Shown here one piece after another: positions 9,410 through 18,697 of a stretch of DNA of 64,000 nucleotides. The notes under the pieces were generated by a model. That model was not told the DNA's origin, did no database searches, and saw only the letters and a program-made list of their open reading frames with translations. Source of the DNA: Candidatus Omnitrophota bacterium (GTDB taxonomy: Bacteria; Omnitrophota; Omnitrophia; Omnitrophales; Aquincolibacteriaceae); assembly GCA_035368605.1 (NCBI GenBank), contig DAOSLF010000009.1:7079-71078 (forward strand), given 5' to 3'. A program made the position numbers and the translations under genes. Numbering within the stretch: position 1 is the first letter of the stretch; every line of letters begins with the position of its first letter.

Positions 9410-11676
9410 TTTTCCGGAAAAAGGATTCCGTCATCTTCTTCACAAAGATCAGGTTCTTTCTGGCCTTCCTGTTCCTTATCCTGCTATCGACCGGCATCTT
9501 CATGTTGCTCATTTACGAGGTCGCTCAGGCCGAAAAAGATGCCCTCCTGATCTCCGTCATGAGCAATCAGGAGGGGTTCATCCACCGGACCACCTTCCTT
9601 GCCTCCAGCTACGCCCAGTCCAACGACCCCCGGGAAAGAAAATCCTTAAGGGACAAAGTCCATGAAACGCTCACCATGATCCTGGTGTTCGCGAACGGTT
9701 CGCCCGACGGGAACATCACGAAAGCTCAAGTCCCCGCCATCCTGAACCGGGAGGTCTACCATCTCTACCGCGGCTCTCCGTCCAAACTCAATGACGAGGT
9801 CGTGGATTACATCGCCTCCGTAAAAAAATTCATGCTCGGTTCACCGATCCATGTCAGTTCAGACTATCCCCATCTCAAGGCGTTGAACGCCCAGACAATA
9901 CGGCTGCTAAGCGTTCTGCGCGCCGGCGTCAAAAAACACCAGCAGGAAACCCGCCGGCAGATCCTCTTTCTCAAGAATCTCGGTATCGCGCTCTTTGTCC
10001 TCATGCTTGTTTCACTGGGGATCGTAGGCCTTTTTGTGTTCATGCCCGTTATTCGCAAAGTCGAGTCCTATTTGCACCAACTGAGGAATGTCAACGACGC
10101 GCTCGAGGAAAAAGTGAGGGACCGCACCGCGGAGCTGGAGCAAAAGGCCACGGAGCTTGCCCTTTCGAACCAACGTCTCCAGGACCAGATCAAGGAGCGC
10201 CTCAAGGCGGAGGACGATCTCCGGGACGCGAACGCCTTTCTGGATTCCGTGATCGAAAACATCCCTGACATGATCTTCATCAAGGACGCCAAGGAACTCC
10301 GGTTTGTCCGGTTTAACCGGGCGGGCGAGGAGTTGCTCGGCCGGCCGAGAGAGGACTTCATCGGAAAGAACGACTATGCGTTCTTTCCGAAAGAACAGGC
10401 GGATTTTTTCGTCCAGAAGGACCGGGAGACGCTCCGGAACAAAGTGCTTCTTGAGATCGCCGACGAACCCATTGATTCCGCGCAAAAAGGACGCCGGATT
10501 CTTCACACGAAAAAAATCCCCATTCTGGACGGCTCGGGAAATCCGATGTACCTCTTGGGAATCTCCGAGGACATCACGGAGCGCATTCATTCCGAGAAAC
10601 GCCTGCGGGAGCTTTCCATGGCCATGGAAAATGCTCTCGACGGCATCGCCAAACTCGATGTAAACATGAAATTCATGGAGGTGAACAAAGCGGTCGCGGC
10701 CACGCTCGGTTACACCCCCGAAGAGATGGTCGGCCTGAACCGTCTTGTAACGATTTGTCCGGAGGACCACGACAAGGTTCGGGCCGCCTTCAAGGTAATG
10801 CAAGAACACGGAAAGGCGGACCTTGAGATCAAGGCGATCCGTAAGGACGGGAACATCATCCACCAATACGTCGTCATTAGCCGGGTCCTGAACGATAAGG
10901 GTGAATTCGACAGCTTTTACTGTTTCTCAAAGGACATCACGGAAAAGAAATATCACGAGGCCATCAATATCAAATCCGAGCTTATCCAGATGGTTTCGCA
11001 TGAGCTCCGGACGCCGATCCACTCGGTCAAGGAAGGGCTTTCGATCGTTCTCGAGGGACTTACGGGTCAACTCGCACCGGAACAACGCGAGGTACTTGAG
11101 ATCGCGAAACGCTGTGCCGACCGGCTGGCCCGTCTCGTCAACGACGTTCTCGCCTTCCACAAACTTGAGGCCGGCGTGATCGATTTCCGGATGAAGCCGG
11201 CCGATCTCAATGCTGTTGTTGCGGATGTCGCGAAAGCCATGGGCCCGCTTGTCAGGGAAAAAGGCCTTTCGTTCTCAACCGAACTCCAGAGGGGCCTTCC
11301 TGCCATTGAGATGGATCAGGACAAGGTCACGCAGGTCATCACGAACTTTCTTCAAAACGCCATTAAATTCACGGTGAAGGGCGGGATCACGATCAAGACG
11401 TCCTTGGCAAACGATTTTGTGACGGTCGCCATCCGGGATACGGGCATCGGCATCCAGCAAAAGGACATCCCGAAGATTTTCAGGAAATTTGGACAGCTCG
11501 AGGCCGCAAAATCGATAGCGCCGGGCGGCACCGGACTCGGGCTCGCGATCTCCAAAAAGATCGTCGAACAGCATCACGGAACGGTCTCCCTGGAATCGGA
11601 ATTCAGGCGGGGAAGCGTCTTTTCGTTTTCCCTTCCGCTCAGTCAGCCGGTCAACTTTCACACGGCGCCGGTTTAA
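9406..11676 (+). CDS. PAS-domain sensor histidine kinase
   Basis: N-terminal TM/sensor region, coiled-coil, two PAS-like segments. HisKA H-box (SHELRTP) and HATPase_c N/G boxes (DTGIGI, GGTGLGL). 4-bp overlap with the upstream GGDEF-EAL gene. Confidence 0.85.
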   Translation: MIFRKKDSVIFFTKIRFFLAFLFLILLSTGIFMLLIYEVAQAEKDALLISVMSNQEGFIHRTTFLASSYAQSNDPRERKSLRDKVHETLTMILVFANGSPDGNITKAQVPAILNREVYHLYRGSPSKLNDEVVDYIASVKKFMLGSPIHVSSDYPHLKALNAQTIRLLSVLRAGVKKHQQETRRQILFLKNLGIALFVLMLVSLGIVGLFVFMPVIRKVESYLHQLRNVNDALEEKVRDRTAELEQKATELALSNQRLQDQIKERLKAEDDLRDANAFLDSVIENIPDMIFIKDAKELRFVRFNRAGEELLGRPREDFIGKNDYAFFPKEQADFFVQKDRETLRNKVLLEIADEPIDSAQKGRRILHTKKIPILDGSGNPMYLLGISEDITERIHSEKRLRELSMAMENALDGIAKLDVNMKFMEVNKAVAATLGYTPEEMVGLNRLVTICPEDHDKVRAAFKVMQEHGKADLEIKAIRKDGNIIHQYVVISRVLNDKGEFDSFYCFSKDITEKKYHEAINIKSELIQMVSHELRTPIHSVKEGLSIVLEGLTGQLAPEQREVLEIAKRCADRLARLVNDVLAFHKLEAGVIDFRMKPADLNAVVADVAKAMGPLVREKGLSFSTELQRGLPAIEMDQDKVTQVITNFLQNAIKFTVKGGITIKTSLANDFVTVAIRDTGIGIQQKDIPKIFRKFGQLEAAKSIAPGGTGLGLAISKKIVEQHHGTVSLESEFRRGSVFSFSLPLSQPVNFHTAPV

Positions 11677-11714
11677 AGGGATGAGGTCTTTCGGAAGAAG
11701 ACAGCTGTGAATCT

Positions 11715-13352
11715 TCAGTCTTCGTGTCGGACGCCTTCGACACCGGCGCCGCCAAGAACGACCTTCACATAGGGGCTTTCCTCTTCACCGCAAACAACGC
11801 GTATCCGGAGTTCGGCCTTGCCGCCTTCGGCGGTCCATGATGGATCAAGGACCAGGGAGGGCTCCCGGGATTCGAGCGCTGCGATCTTTTTCTTTTTTCC
11901 GGGCCTGGAAACCTCCGCCACATATCGGATCGTATTTCCATCGACAAAACCATGCCTGACGGCCAGGTCTTTAAAAACGAGTTTCCCGTTCAGAACCTCG
12001 AAAGCATCCAGCGGGGCGGCTTTTGAGAACCAGTATTTCGCGATCAGGTCCCGGCGCTCGGCGAGCGTTTGAACAAGATAATCCTCGTCCTCCGGGCGGC
12101 TGTAGCGGCCCGCTTTGACCATGGTCCGGATATCTTCATCCGTAAAGCTTGCGATGATCTTCGCGGCCCAGAACCCGTCGGCGTTCGTCAGAACACGAAA
12201 GGCCTCATAGGGAAGCTGCGCTTTATGGTCTTCCGGATCAAACTGGTCATTGCTGAAATAGCCGATCGCGGGAGACTTGTGGGGCATTTCTCTGGCCCTG
12301 CGCCATTTTTCCTGCCAGGGTTTTTCCCAAAACCCGAGGGCAAAGACTGCCTTCGTGATTTCCCCGTAATCGATCGCGTATTCGTGCCCGAACATCGGGG
12401 GCTTGGCCCCGCCCGCGGCCGCGCCGAAAGCGCTGTTAAAGTCGAAGAGATAGCGCTTGAGGACCGTTTTTCCGTTTTCGGTCACAGCCATTTCAAGCGT
12501 GTTGCTCTCCCGGATATCGTTGTTGTTGAGCCACGCCGAAAAAACGCTGAGCGCCCGGATTTCCCGGCGGTCGCGGTGGTTGACCGGGTCTTCCGGATCG
12601 TTCTGCCGACGCGAACGAAAACTGAGATGGCCGACGTTCTTCCCCGGAACGATCTTGCTCGCCGAGGCGAGGTATTCCCCGTCCTCGGTCACAGGGAGGA
12701 ATGAAAGATACTGTTCCAGAATCTCCGGGGTCATTTTTTTACGGAATCCGGTGTCGTCATAAGTGTAGGCGTTCTCTCCGATCGTGATATCTTCGGCCTT
12801 GAACCGGAGCACGGTGTACTGAGGCACGTGATACCCGATCGCATGATAGAACCGGCTGGCCGCCACTTCCGCGGCCGTGGCGAGCTCCAGGGACCCTTCG
12901 TTATCAAACTTCAGACAATACCTGTCCCCTTTGGCGTCCTCGATGAAAAAACCCGGATGAAGTCCTTGTTGTTTTCCTTTGGTGATCTTCATCGGCGCGC
13001 TCAGGTCGGGACCGGCGGTCTCGGCGGAGCCTTTGGCAAGCTCCTCGTTCGAAAGACGCCGCCTGCCATGGCGATTCGTGAAGAACGAGGAATCGGGAAC
13101 CTCGTCAAAAACGTTCACATTCGCCGCAGGAATCTCTTTCCGGAAGATCTTCCTGCCCCAGCGACCGAGGTCCAGCTGGTTCACGCCTTCATAATAGATA
13201 TTCTGATCGAAAACATCCTTACATAGCGTGGTTTCCCGCTCCCTGAATTTCGGGCTCTCGGACGCGCGCGAGACCATCGGCACGGCAAGGATCATGGTCA
13301 CCGTTATGACCAGGCTGTTTACCGTCAAATGTTTCTTCATAGCTCCCCGCAA
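11715..13352 (-). CDS. secreted hypothetical protein with a protein-kinase-like motif pattern
   Basis: Signal peptide (MKKHLTVNSLVITVTMILAVPMVSRA). No confident family match. It shows NNNDIRESN (D-x4-N catalytic-loop-like) followed about 20 aa later by DFN-SAFG (DFG-like), plus upstream CLKF and AAEVAAS (candidate beta3-Lys and alphaC-Glu). Start abuts the stop of the upstream OMP gene. Confidence 0.55.
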   Translation of the reverse strand: MRGAMKKHLTVNSLVITVTMILAVPMVSRASESPKFRERETTLCKDVFDQNIYYEGVNQLDLGRWGRKIFRKEIPAANVNVFDEVPDSSFFTNRHGRRRLSNEELAKGSAETAGPDLSAPMKITKGKQQGLHPGFFIEDAKGDRYCLKFDNEGSLELATAAEVAASRFYHAIGYHVPQYTVLRFKAEDITIGENAYTYDDTGFRKKMTPEILEQYLSFLPVTEDGEYLASASKIVPGKNVGHLSFRSRRQNDPEDPVNHRDRREIRALSVFSAWLNNNDIRESNTLEMAVTENGKTVLKRYLFDFNSAFGAAAGGAKPPMFGHEYAIDYGEITKAVFALGFWEKPWQEKWRRAREMPHKSPAIGYFSNDQFDPEDHKAQLPYEAFRVLTNADGFWAAKIIASFTDEDIRTMVKAGRYSRPEDEDYLVQTLAERRDLIAKYWFSKAAPLDAFEVLNGKLVFKDLAVRHGFVDGNTIRYVAEVSRPGKKKKIAALESREPSLVLDPSWTAEGGKAELRIRVVCGEEESPYVKVVLGGAGVEGVRHED

Positions 13353-14678
13353 TTAAAAAGCGACCTTGTTCTTCACGTAGAATTTGGTGCCTTCGTCGCC
13401 GTGGGCGACTGAAATATTCAGGACCGTATGTTTGGAATGGCTCACGTAAAAACCCACACCGTAAGACTCCCGGAAATCGCTGAACTTGAACGCGCTGAAC
13501 TCGTTGAACGTCTGGCCTTCGTCCAGAAAGACCGCCGCATTCATGCGAAAATCCCTGTATTCCCAGATTGCGTAGCGATATTCGATGTTGAAGAGCAGCG
13601 CGCTTTCGCCATAGAAACGGTTGTACGTGAAGGCCCGGAAGGTTTCGCTGGTCCTTTGGGACGACCCCATGCCGCCAAGCCTCGTCATATCATAAAACGG
13701 GATCTCGCCGCCATTCACCTCATCGTGATGTTCCCCGAAAAACCGGACCGCGAGCACGCGCCGCGGAGAACCCAGCCGGAAATATTTCGCGGTGTCCAGC
13801 TGGTAGGTGAAGAAGCGGGCTTTGCCGCTGTCCACGCCTTCCGTGAACTTAAAAGTTAACTTCTGATAGCTTCCCCTGGTGGCCTCGTCGTGGCTGTCTC
13901 GCGTGTCGCGCAGCAGCACCGCCTTCCAGCTCAGTTCCTCGCCGCCATAGAGGCCCGGGATGTCCCGCCCCGCGAAGATCTCGGTCATGTCCCCTTTTCC
14001 CTTGTGCGCACGGTGTTTCAGCTGATTCTCTTTAAACTCGAACGTCCCGGTCAGGTCCAGTGTCGGAGAGAATTCATAACCCACGTTGTATCCCAGCGTG
14101 GTCGTTTCCATGCGGACGGAAGAACTGTCGCCAAGGCTTGTGTCGGGCCCGATGCCATAGAACGGTTCCCGGCTGCGGTGGTCAAAGTTGAACGTCCCGG
14201 AACTATGGAATCCCGTTTCTCCAATACGTTGTGCCCCGATCTCGGAATCGACAACGAACCGATTGTCCATCGCATACCGGAGGGACGCCGTAGCGATCAG
14301 GTCGGGGTAATCCTCTTTTTGACGCGCGACCGCCACGAGATCCGCGTTGCCACCCATAAGTGGCAGGATCGCCGAATCCGTGAACGCAAGATGCGGCGTG
14401 AAACCATATTCTTTCATTCTGTCGTAGATGTAGATCGCCTTGTCAGCCACATGGTGATTGTCGATATAGACCAGCGACTTGTCGACGGGCCATTTGACGA
14501 GACGGAACGGAAGCTCCAAAAGCGACGAGACAGGGTCTTTCAGCCTTTTGGCTTTGAGCGGTCCGTTCGGATAAACGGGGGCATAGGTGTCCTGCTGCGC
14601 GAAAGAGGCTCCCGCAAACGCGGCGATGCCGACGGCCACGAGGGCAACACGGATGATGTTACGACATTTCCTGGTCAT
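13353..14678 (-). CDS. outer-membrane beta-barrel protein, Omp85/surface-antigen(D15)-like
   Basis: Signal peptide. Alternating-hydrophobic beta-strand pattern through the C-terminal 300 aa. Terminal aromatic signature ...KFYVKNKVAF. No clear POTRA repeats seen. Confidence 0.55.
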   Translation of the reverse strand: MTRKCRNIIRVALVAVGIAAFAGASFAQQDTYAPVYPNGPLKAKRLKDPVSSLLELPFRLVKWPVDKSLVYIDNHHVADKAIYIYDRMKEYGFTPHLAFTDSAILPLMGGNADLVAVARQKEDYPDLIATASLRYAMDNRFVVDSEIGAQRIGETGFHSSGTFNFDHRSREPFYGIGPDTSLGDSSSVRMETTTLGYNVGYEFSPTLDLTGTFEFKENQLKHRAHKGKGDMTEIFAGRDIPGLYGGEELSWKAVLLRDTRDSHDEATRGSYQKLTFKFTEGVDSGKARFFTYQLDTAKYFRLGSPRRVLAVRFFGEHHDEVNGGEIPFYDMTRLGGMGSSQRTSETFRAFTYNRFYGESALLFNIEYRYAIWEYRDFRMNAAVFLDEGQTFNEFSAFKFSDFRESYGVGFYVSHSKHTVLNISVAHGDEGTKFYVKNKVAF

Positions 14679-15178
14679 GAGATCAGCTGGCTGTCCGTTC
14701 TTTCCCTTTGTTCTTCCAACAAGCGGTCCAGAAGACCCAGTTCGTTGAACAGGACGACCCTGAGTTCACAGGTTTCCGTCCCGATCTTCACCAGATAAGA
14801 ACGGCCTGTTTTGCGGGACCTTGAGGCAATACTTACAACGAACGCTTCCGCCGTCGGCGCGTCCGAGCGATATCTGGCATATTTGTACCGCATGTGCGCC
14901 GCCGCTTGCTGAGACGTATGGGTCACGCCGTTGCGGATGAACTCAACGGAGGATTCCCTGGTCCTCTCGATCAGGTAATCGATCCTCGCCCTCTGGTATT
15001 CCGAGGTCGCGGGCGTTGTCTTCCGCAATCTCCGGAAGGCCTGGTAAGCCGTGGGATCTTCGACCGGGCCAAGCGTCAGCTCGTCGCAGGGGGTTTTCAC
15101 CTCCTCCGCTATAGCCGCCGGACCTGCGATCAAAAACAAGAGCGCCAAAACCGAAACGAGACGAACCAATCGCTCCAT
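14675..15178 (-). CDS. DUF5329-like periplasmic protein
   Basis: 167 aa with a signal peptide. Motif RIDYLIERTRESSVEFIRNG...H...KY resembles the DUF5329 family. 4-bp overlap with the downstream OMP gene. Confidence 0.45.
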   Translation of the reverse strand: MERLVRLVSVLALLFLIAGPAAIAEEVKTPCDELTLGPVEDPTAYQAFRRLRKTTPATSEYQRARIDYLIERTRESSVEFIRNGVTHTSQQAAAHMRYKYARYRSDAPTAEAFVVSIASRSRKTGRSYLVKIGTETCELRVVLFNELGLLDRLLEEQRERTDSQLIS

Positions 15179-15179
15179 T

Positions 15180-16490
15180 CTACAAACCTTCCTCCGAGTA
15201 CACTCGCAGCTTTCTATGAATGAACGCCGTGATCACAAACCACAGCGGCATCAATATTAGAACAAGAATACCGATCCTTTCAACAGAAAGTCCCAACAGG
15301 GGTGCCGCCAGCGCCATGTAGATTCCCGCGAGCGTTTTGGCGCCGCGATAACCCAACATGTCGATCGCGGGCTTGACCCTCCGCCTGAGATGCGCCGGGA
15401 TCGGAAGATAAAGGATCTCCTTGCTCGCCTGCTGGATCGAATAATTCATTCCCGAATCGTACATCTTGTAAAAAATCCCGACAAAAAGGGCCGGCGATAA
15501 CGCGCTGACAAGAGACAGGCCGGCAAGGCCCACAGGCAGGATCCAGAGAGAAATCCCGACCCCGTAACGTTTGAGGAGCTTCCCGGTGATAACGAGCTGA
15601 AGGATGAAGGAGAGGGCGTTCTGCCATCCATAAAAACCTCCGTAGAAAGCCGTAATCGCGTCTTTCCCCTGGATCGCCATCTGAACGACGCCGCCGAACT
15701 GGTTCTCCACGATCGTCGAACTCATCTTGGCAATAACGATAATCCCCGCGATGAGGGCGAGATACGACGCGGTCGCGAACGGATGCTTCTTCGCTTCTTT
15801 TTCCTTGAGAGCTTCATGCGTTCCGGCCGCGGCGATACCGCCTCCGACCTCCACGGCGCCGGAGGCCTTCGGCAGGATGCATTTCCAGAGGAAAGATATC
15901 AGAAAAATACAAAGGACAAGGATGACCACCACTACAAGAAGGAGATCCTCGGTCCTGAGCCACCGGACCGCGAAGTTCGTTATGATCCCGCCGAGGATTC
16001 CGCCCAGCGAGCCGCCGCTGATGATAAGCCCGAAGAGGCGTTTCGCCTCTTCGGGCCTGAAGATATCGTTTGCCAGAATCCAGAACTGCGTGGTGATCAT
16101 GGCCGAAAAGGCCGATTGCCAGATATAGAAAGCTGCGGACACGTAGGGAAGGTTCCTGCGCGCAAAGAACCAGAAGAGGAGGAGGGTTCCGATCAGGAAT
16201 CCGAGGACCGCGGGATAAAGAACCTTATGGGAAAGGCGGCGGGCCGCCAGCGAATAAAGCCAGACGACGGCGATAAGGAAGAGCCCTTCTCCGATATTCA
16301 CGTAGCGGAGCTTGTCGGCGCTGAACTCGGAAAGAAAGAGAGAGCTTCGGACCGGCTTCAGGATATAGATCGTCGAAATCGTGAGGAGAAAATAGCAGAA
16401 CATCAGGAAGGTCTTTGTGCGCTCCCCGGGATGGACCTCTGCAAAGGGCCCGACAAGCCGGGAAAAAACCCTTGAAAAAAATCCGCTCAC
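15180..16490 (-). CDS. TLC/Npt-like nucleotide (ATP/ADP) transporter family or MFS-type transporter
   Basis: 436 aa, about 12 TM. FWILANDIF...EAKRLFGLI resembles the conserved LFW..AN.I...EAKR.Y segment of Npt1/Npt2 nucleotide translocases. The family call is tentative. Confidence 0.45.
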   Translation of the reverse strand: MSGFFSRVFSRLVGPFAEVHPGERTKTFLMFCYFLLTISTIYILKPVRSSLFLSEFSADKLRYVNIGEGLFLIAVVWLYSLAARRLSHKVLYPAVLGFLIGTLLLFWFFARRNLPYVSAAFYIWQSAFSAMITTQFWILANDIFRPEEAKRLFGLIISGGSLGGILGGIITNFAVRWLRTEDLLLVVVVILVLCIFLISFLWKCILPKASGAVEVGGGIAAAGTHEALKEKEAKKHPFATASYLALIAGIIVIAKMSSTIVENQFGGVVQMAIQGKDAITAFYGGFYGWQNALSFILQLVITGKLLKRYGVGISLWILPVGLAGLSLVSALSPALFVGIFYKMYDSGMNYSIQQASKEILYLPIPAHLRRRVKPAIDMLGYRGAKTLAGIYMALAAPLLGLSVERIGILVLILMPLWFVITAFIHRKLRVYSEEGL

Positions 16491-16882
16491 CGCACCTCTC
16501 CTTTTTCAAAGGCACCCTCAAAGAACCTGATCTCGGGCGCGAGGCCCTCCTCCAACGTGATACCCATAACATCAAAAGAGACCGGGGGGTCCTGGAGCCT
16601 CTTGTCCTTGAGGTACCAGGCGGCAAGCTTCACGAGCTTCACCTGTTTCCGGAGATCCACGGCTGCCTCGGGTGATCCGAATCCTTTTCCGCTCCGGGTC
16701 TTCACCTCCACAAAATGAATCCGTCCCGCCTTTTCGGCAACGAGATCGATCTCTCCGAGGGCGCACCGATAGTTCGCCTGAAGGACCTTAAAACCTTTTT
16801 TCCTGAGATATTCCGCCGCACAGACCTCCCCTCGATCCCCGACGGAATAACGGAACGGTTTCGGGTTCGGGGCGATCTTCAT
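16487..16882 (-). CDS. yraN: YraN family (UPF0102) endonuclease
   Basis: About 130 aa with GE.DLVA......FVEVKTR, the hallmark of YraN. Conserved position downstream of rnhB. Confidence 0.75.
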   Translation of the reverse strand: MKIAPNPKPFRYSVGDRGEVCAAEYLRKKGFKVLQANYRCALGEIDLVAEKAGRIHFVEVKTRSGKGFGSPEAAVDLRKQVKLVKLAAWYLKDKRLQDPPVSFDVMGITLEEGLAPEIRFFEGAFEKGEVR

Positions 16883-17643
16883 GTGAGAGCTTTTTCAAAC
16901 GGCCCTTTTTCCGAGAACGCGACCGGCGCAAAACTACGCCGGTGGACGGGACAGGGGCCGAATGCCTGCAGGGCTTCCAGATGCTCGGCGGTCCCATAAC
17001 CCTTGTGCGCGTGGAATGCATAAGCGGGATAAAGACCGTGGAGATGCTTCATCCACCGGTCACGGAACACCTTTGCGACAATCGAAGCGGCCGCGACCGA
17101 GGCCGATTTTTGATCCCCGCTGACAATGCCACGTTGCGGAAGGGGGAGGTCCAGGCGGAGCGGACCGTCGATAAGGACAAACGCCGGGGTATGGGGAAGC
17201 GCAAGGACGGCCCGCTTCATGGCAAGGCGCGTGGCTTCATAGATATTGATTGTATCGATCGTTCTTTCGTCCGCCGTGCCCACACCGACAAGGGCATGAC
17301 GCACGATCTTGAGAAACAGTTTTTCGCGGGAGACGGGTGAGAGTTTCTTGGAGTCATTGATTCCCGCGAGCTCATCGGCCCTCTCCAGGATCACAGCCGC
17401 CGCGACAACCGGCCCCGCAAGCGGTCCCCGGCCGGCCTCATCCACTCCGGCCATCCATCCCGAAGCAAGGATATCCCGGTCAAACTCGAGGAGCCTTCCG
17501 AGACACTCGCGACGGGCCGTTTCCCTTGAAAAACTTTCTCCCTTGGAGAAAGAGGGCGCCTCATTCGCGCTCCCGTCTCTCTCATACTCATTGACCGGCA
17601 GGTCTTTCACTCTTTTCACCCCAAAACCGCGACATCCGTTCAC
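16879..17643 (-). CDS. rnhB: ribonuclease HII
   Basis: GVDEAGRGPLAGPVVAAAVIL catalytic motif and RNase HII core. The N-terminal about 60 aa may be an extension; the true start is uncertain. Confidence 0.85.
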   Translation of the reverse strand: MNGCRGFGVKRVKDLPVNEYERDGSANEAPSFSKGESFSRETARRECLGRLLEFDRDILASGWMAGVDEAGRGPLAGPVVAAAVILERADELAGINDSKKLSPVSREKLFLKIVRHALVGVGTADERTIDTINIYEATRLAMKRAVLALPHTPAFVLIDGPLRLDLPLPQRGIVSGDQKSASVAAASIVAKVFRDRWMKHLHGLYPAYAFHAHKGYGTAEHLEALQAFGPCPVHRRSFAPVAFSEKGPFEKALT

Positions 17644-17654
17644 GGCTCATTCGC

Positions 17655-17677
17655 GGGGTTCGTCATAACGAACCCCG
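17655..17677 (-). terminator. stem-loop between rplS and rnhB (GGGGTTCGT-tatg-ACGAACCCC)
   Basis: Perfect 9-bp GC-rich inverted repeat immediately after the rplS stop. No U-tract follows, so intrinsic-terminator status is doubtful. It may be an attenuator or processing site. Confidence 0.2.
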
Positions 17678-17683
17678 AAGCGA

Positions 17684-17995
17684 TTACTTTTTCTTCTTGA
17701 AGTGATAGAGCTTTGCGCGGCGGGCCTTTCCCTTCGAAGCGACCGTGATCTTCTCGATCGACGGCGAGTAGAGCGGGAAAAGCTTCTCGACCATGTCTCC
17801 GTAGCTTTCCTTGACGACCGAAAAACTCGCGTTGGCGCCGCGGCCCTTTTTGCGGATGCAGATACCCTCAAAAAGCTGAAGGCGGGACTTGTCGCCTTCC
17901 TTGACCTTGATATGGACCTTCAGCGTGTCCCCGACGCGGAACTCGGGAATCTTCTTTGACTCAAGCTCTTTCTCGATCAATTTTATTTTGCCCAT
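17684..17995 (-). CDS. rplS: 50S ribosomal protein L19
   Basis: Clear L19 match (EFRVGDTLKVHIKVKEG...RLQLFEGICIRKKG). Confidence 0.9.
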   Translation of the reverse strand: MGKIKLIEKELESKKIPEFRVGDTLKVHIKVKEGDKSRLQLFEGICIRKKGRGANASFSVVKESYGDMVEKLFPLYSPSIEKITVASKGKARRAKLYHFKKKK

Positions 17996-18678
17996 GATTT
18001 TCTCCTTGAAGATGTTAACAGATCAGGCCGTCTTTCCTTCGTGACCTTCTCGGCCTCTTTTTTTCGCCAGGCCTCGACTTCTTTGTGATGCCCCGACACC
18101 AGCACGTTGGGCACCTTCCACCCCCGGTATTCCCGGGGCCGTGTGTACTGCGGATGCTCCAGCATGCCGCATTCAAAACTTTCGCGAGCGAGCGATTCTT
18201 CGTTCCCGATAACCCCCGGGACCAGCCTCGCGACCGCCTCGATCACGCAAAGGGCCGGCGCCTCGCCGCCCATCGTGATAAAATCCCCGACCGAGATTTG
18301 CTGGTCGACCAGGTGGTCCTTCACGCGCTGGTCGACGCCTTCGTAGTGGCCCGCGATCAGCACAAGATGCTTCTTCTTCGCGAGCTTGCGCGCCAGCTTC
18401 TGGCTCATCGGTTCGCCCTGCGGGTCCAGAAGCACTACAAATCCTTTCGGGGCGACCGCTTCCACGCATTCAAAGATCGGCTCGGGCTTCATGACCATCC
18501 CGGCCCCTCCCCCGAACGGTTTGTCGTCCGCGGTCTTGTGCCGGTCATGCGTCCAATCCCGGAGATCGTGGACCCGAACCTTCACAAGCCCGCGATCCTG
18601 TGCCTTTTTCAACAAGGACTCGCCCAGCGGGCTTTTAAAGAACTCCGGGAAAAGCGTCACCACATCTATGGATAGCAC
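17983..18678 (-). CDS. trmD: tRNA (guanine37-N1)-methyltransferase
   Basis: TrmD motifs (IDVVTLFPEFF, LIAGHYEGVDQRV, SVGDFITMGGE). Confidence 0.9.
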   Translation of the reverse strand: MLSIDVVTLFPEFFKSPLGESLLKKAQDRGLVKVRVHDLRDWTHDRHKTADDKPFGGGAGMVMKPEPIFECVEAVAPKGFVVLLDPQGEPMSQKLARKLAKKKHLVLIAGHYEGVDQRVKDHLVDQQISVGDFITMGGEAPALCVIEAVARLVPGVIGNEESLARESFECGMLEHPQYTRPREYRGWKVPNVLVSGHHKEVEAWRKKEAEKVTKERRPDLLTSSRRKSWAK

Positions 18679-18697
18679 GCTGCGATCCCGGAGGCGG

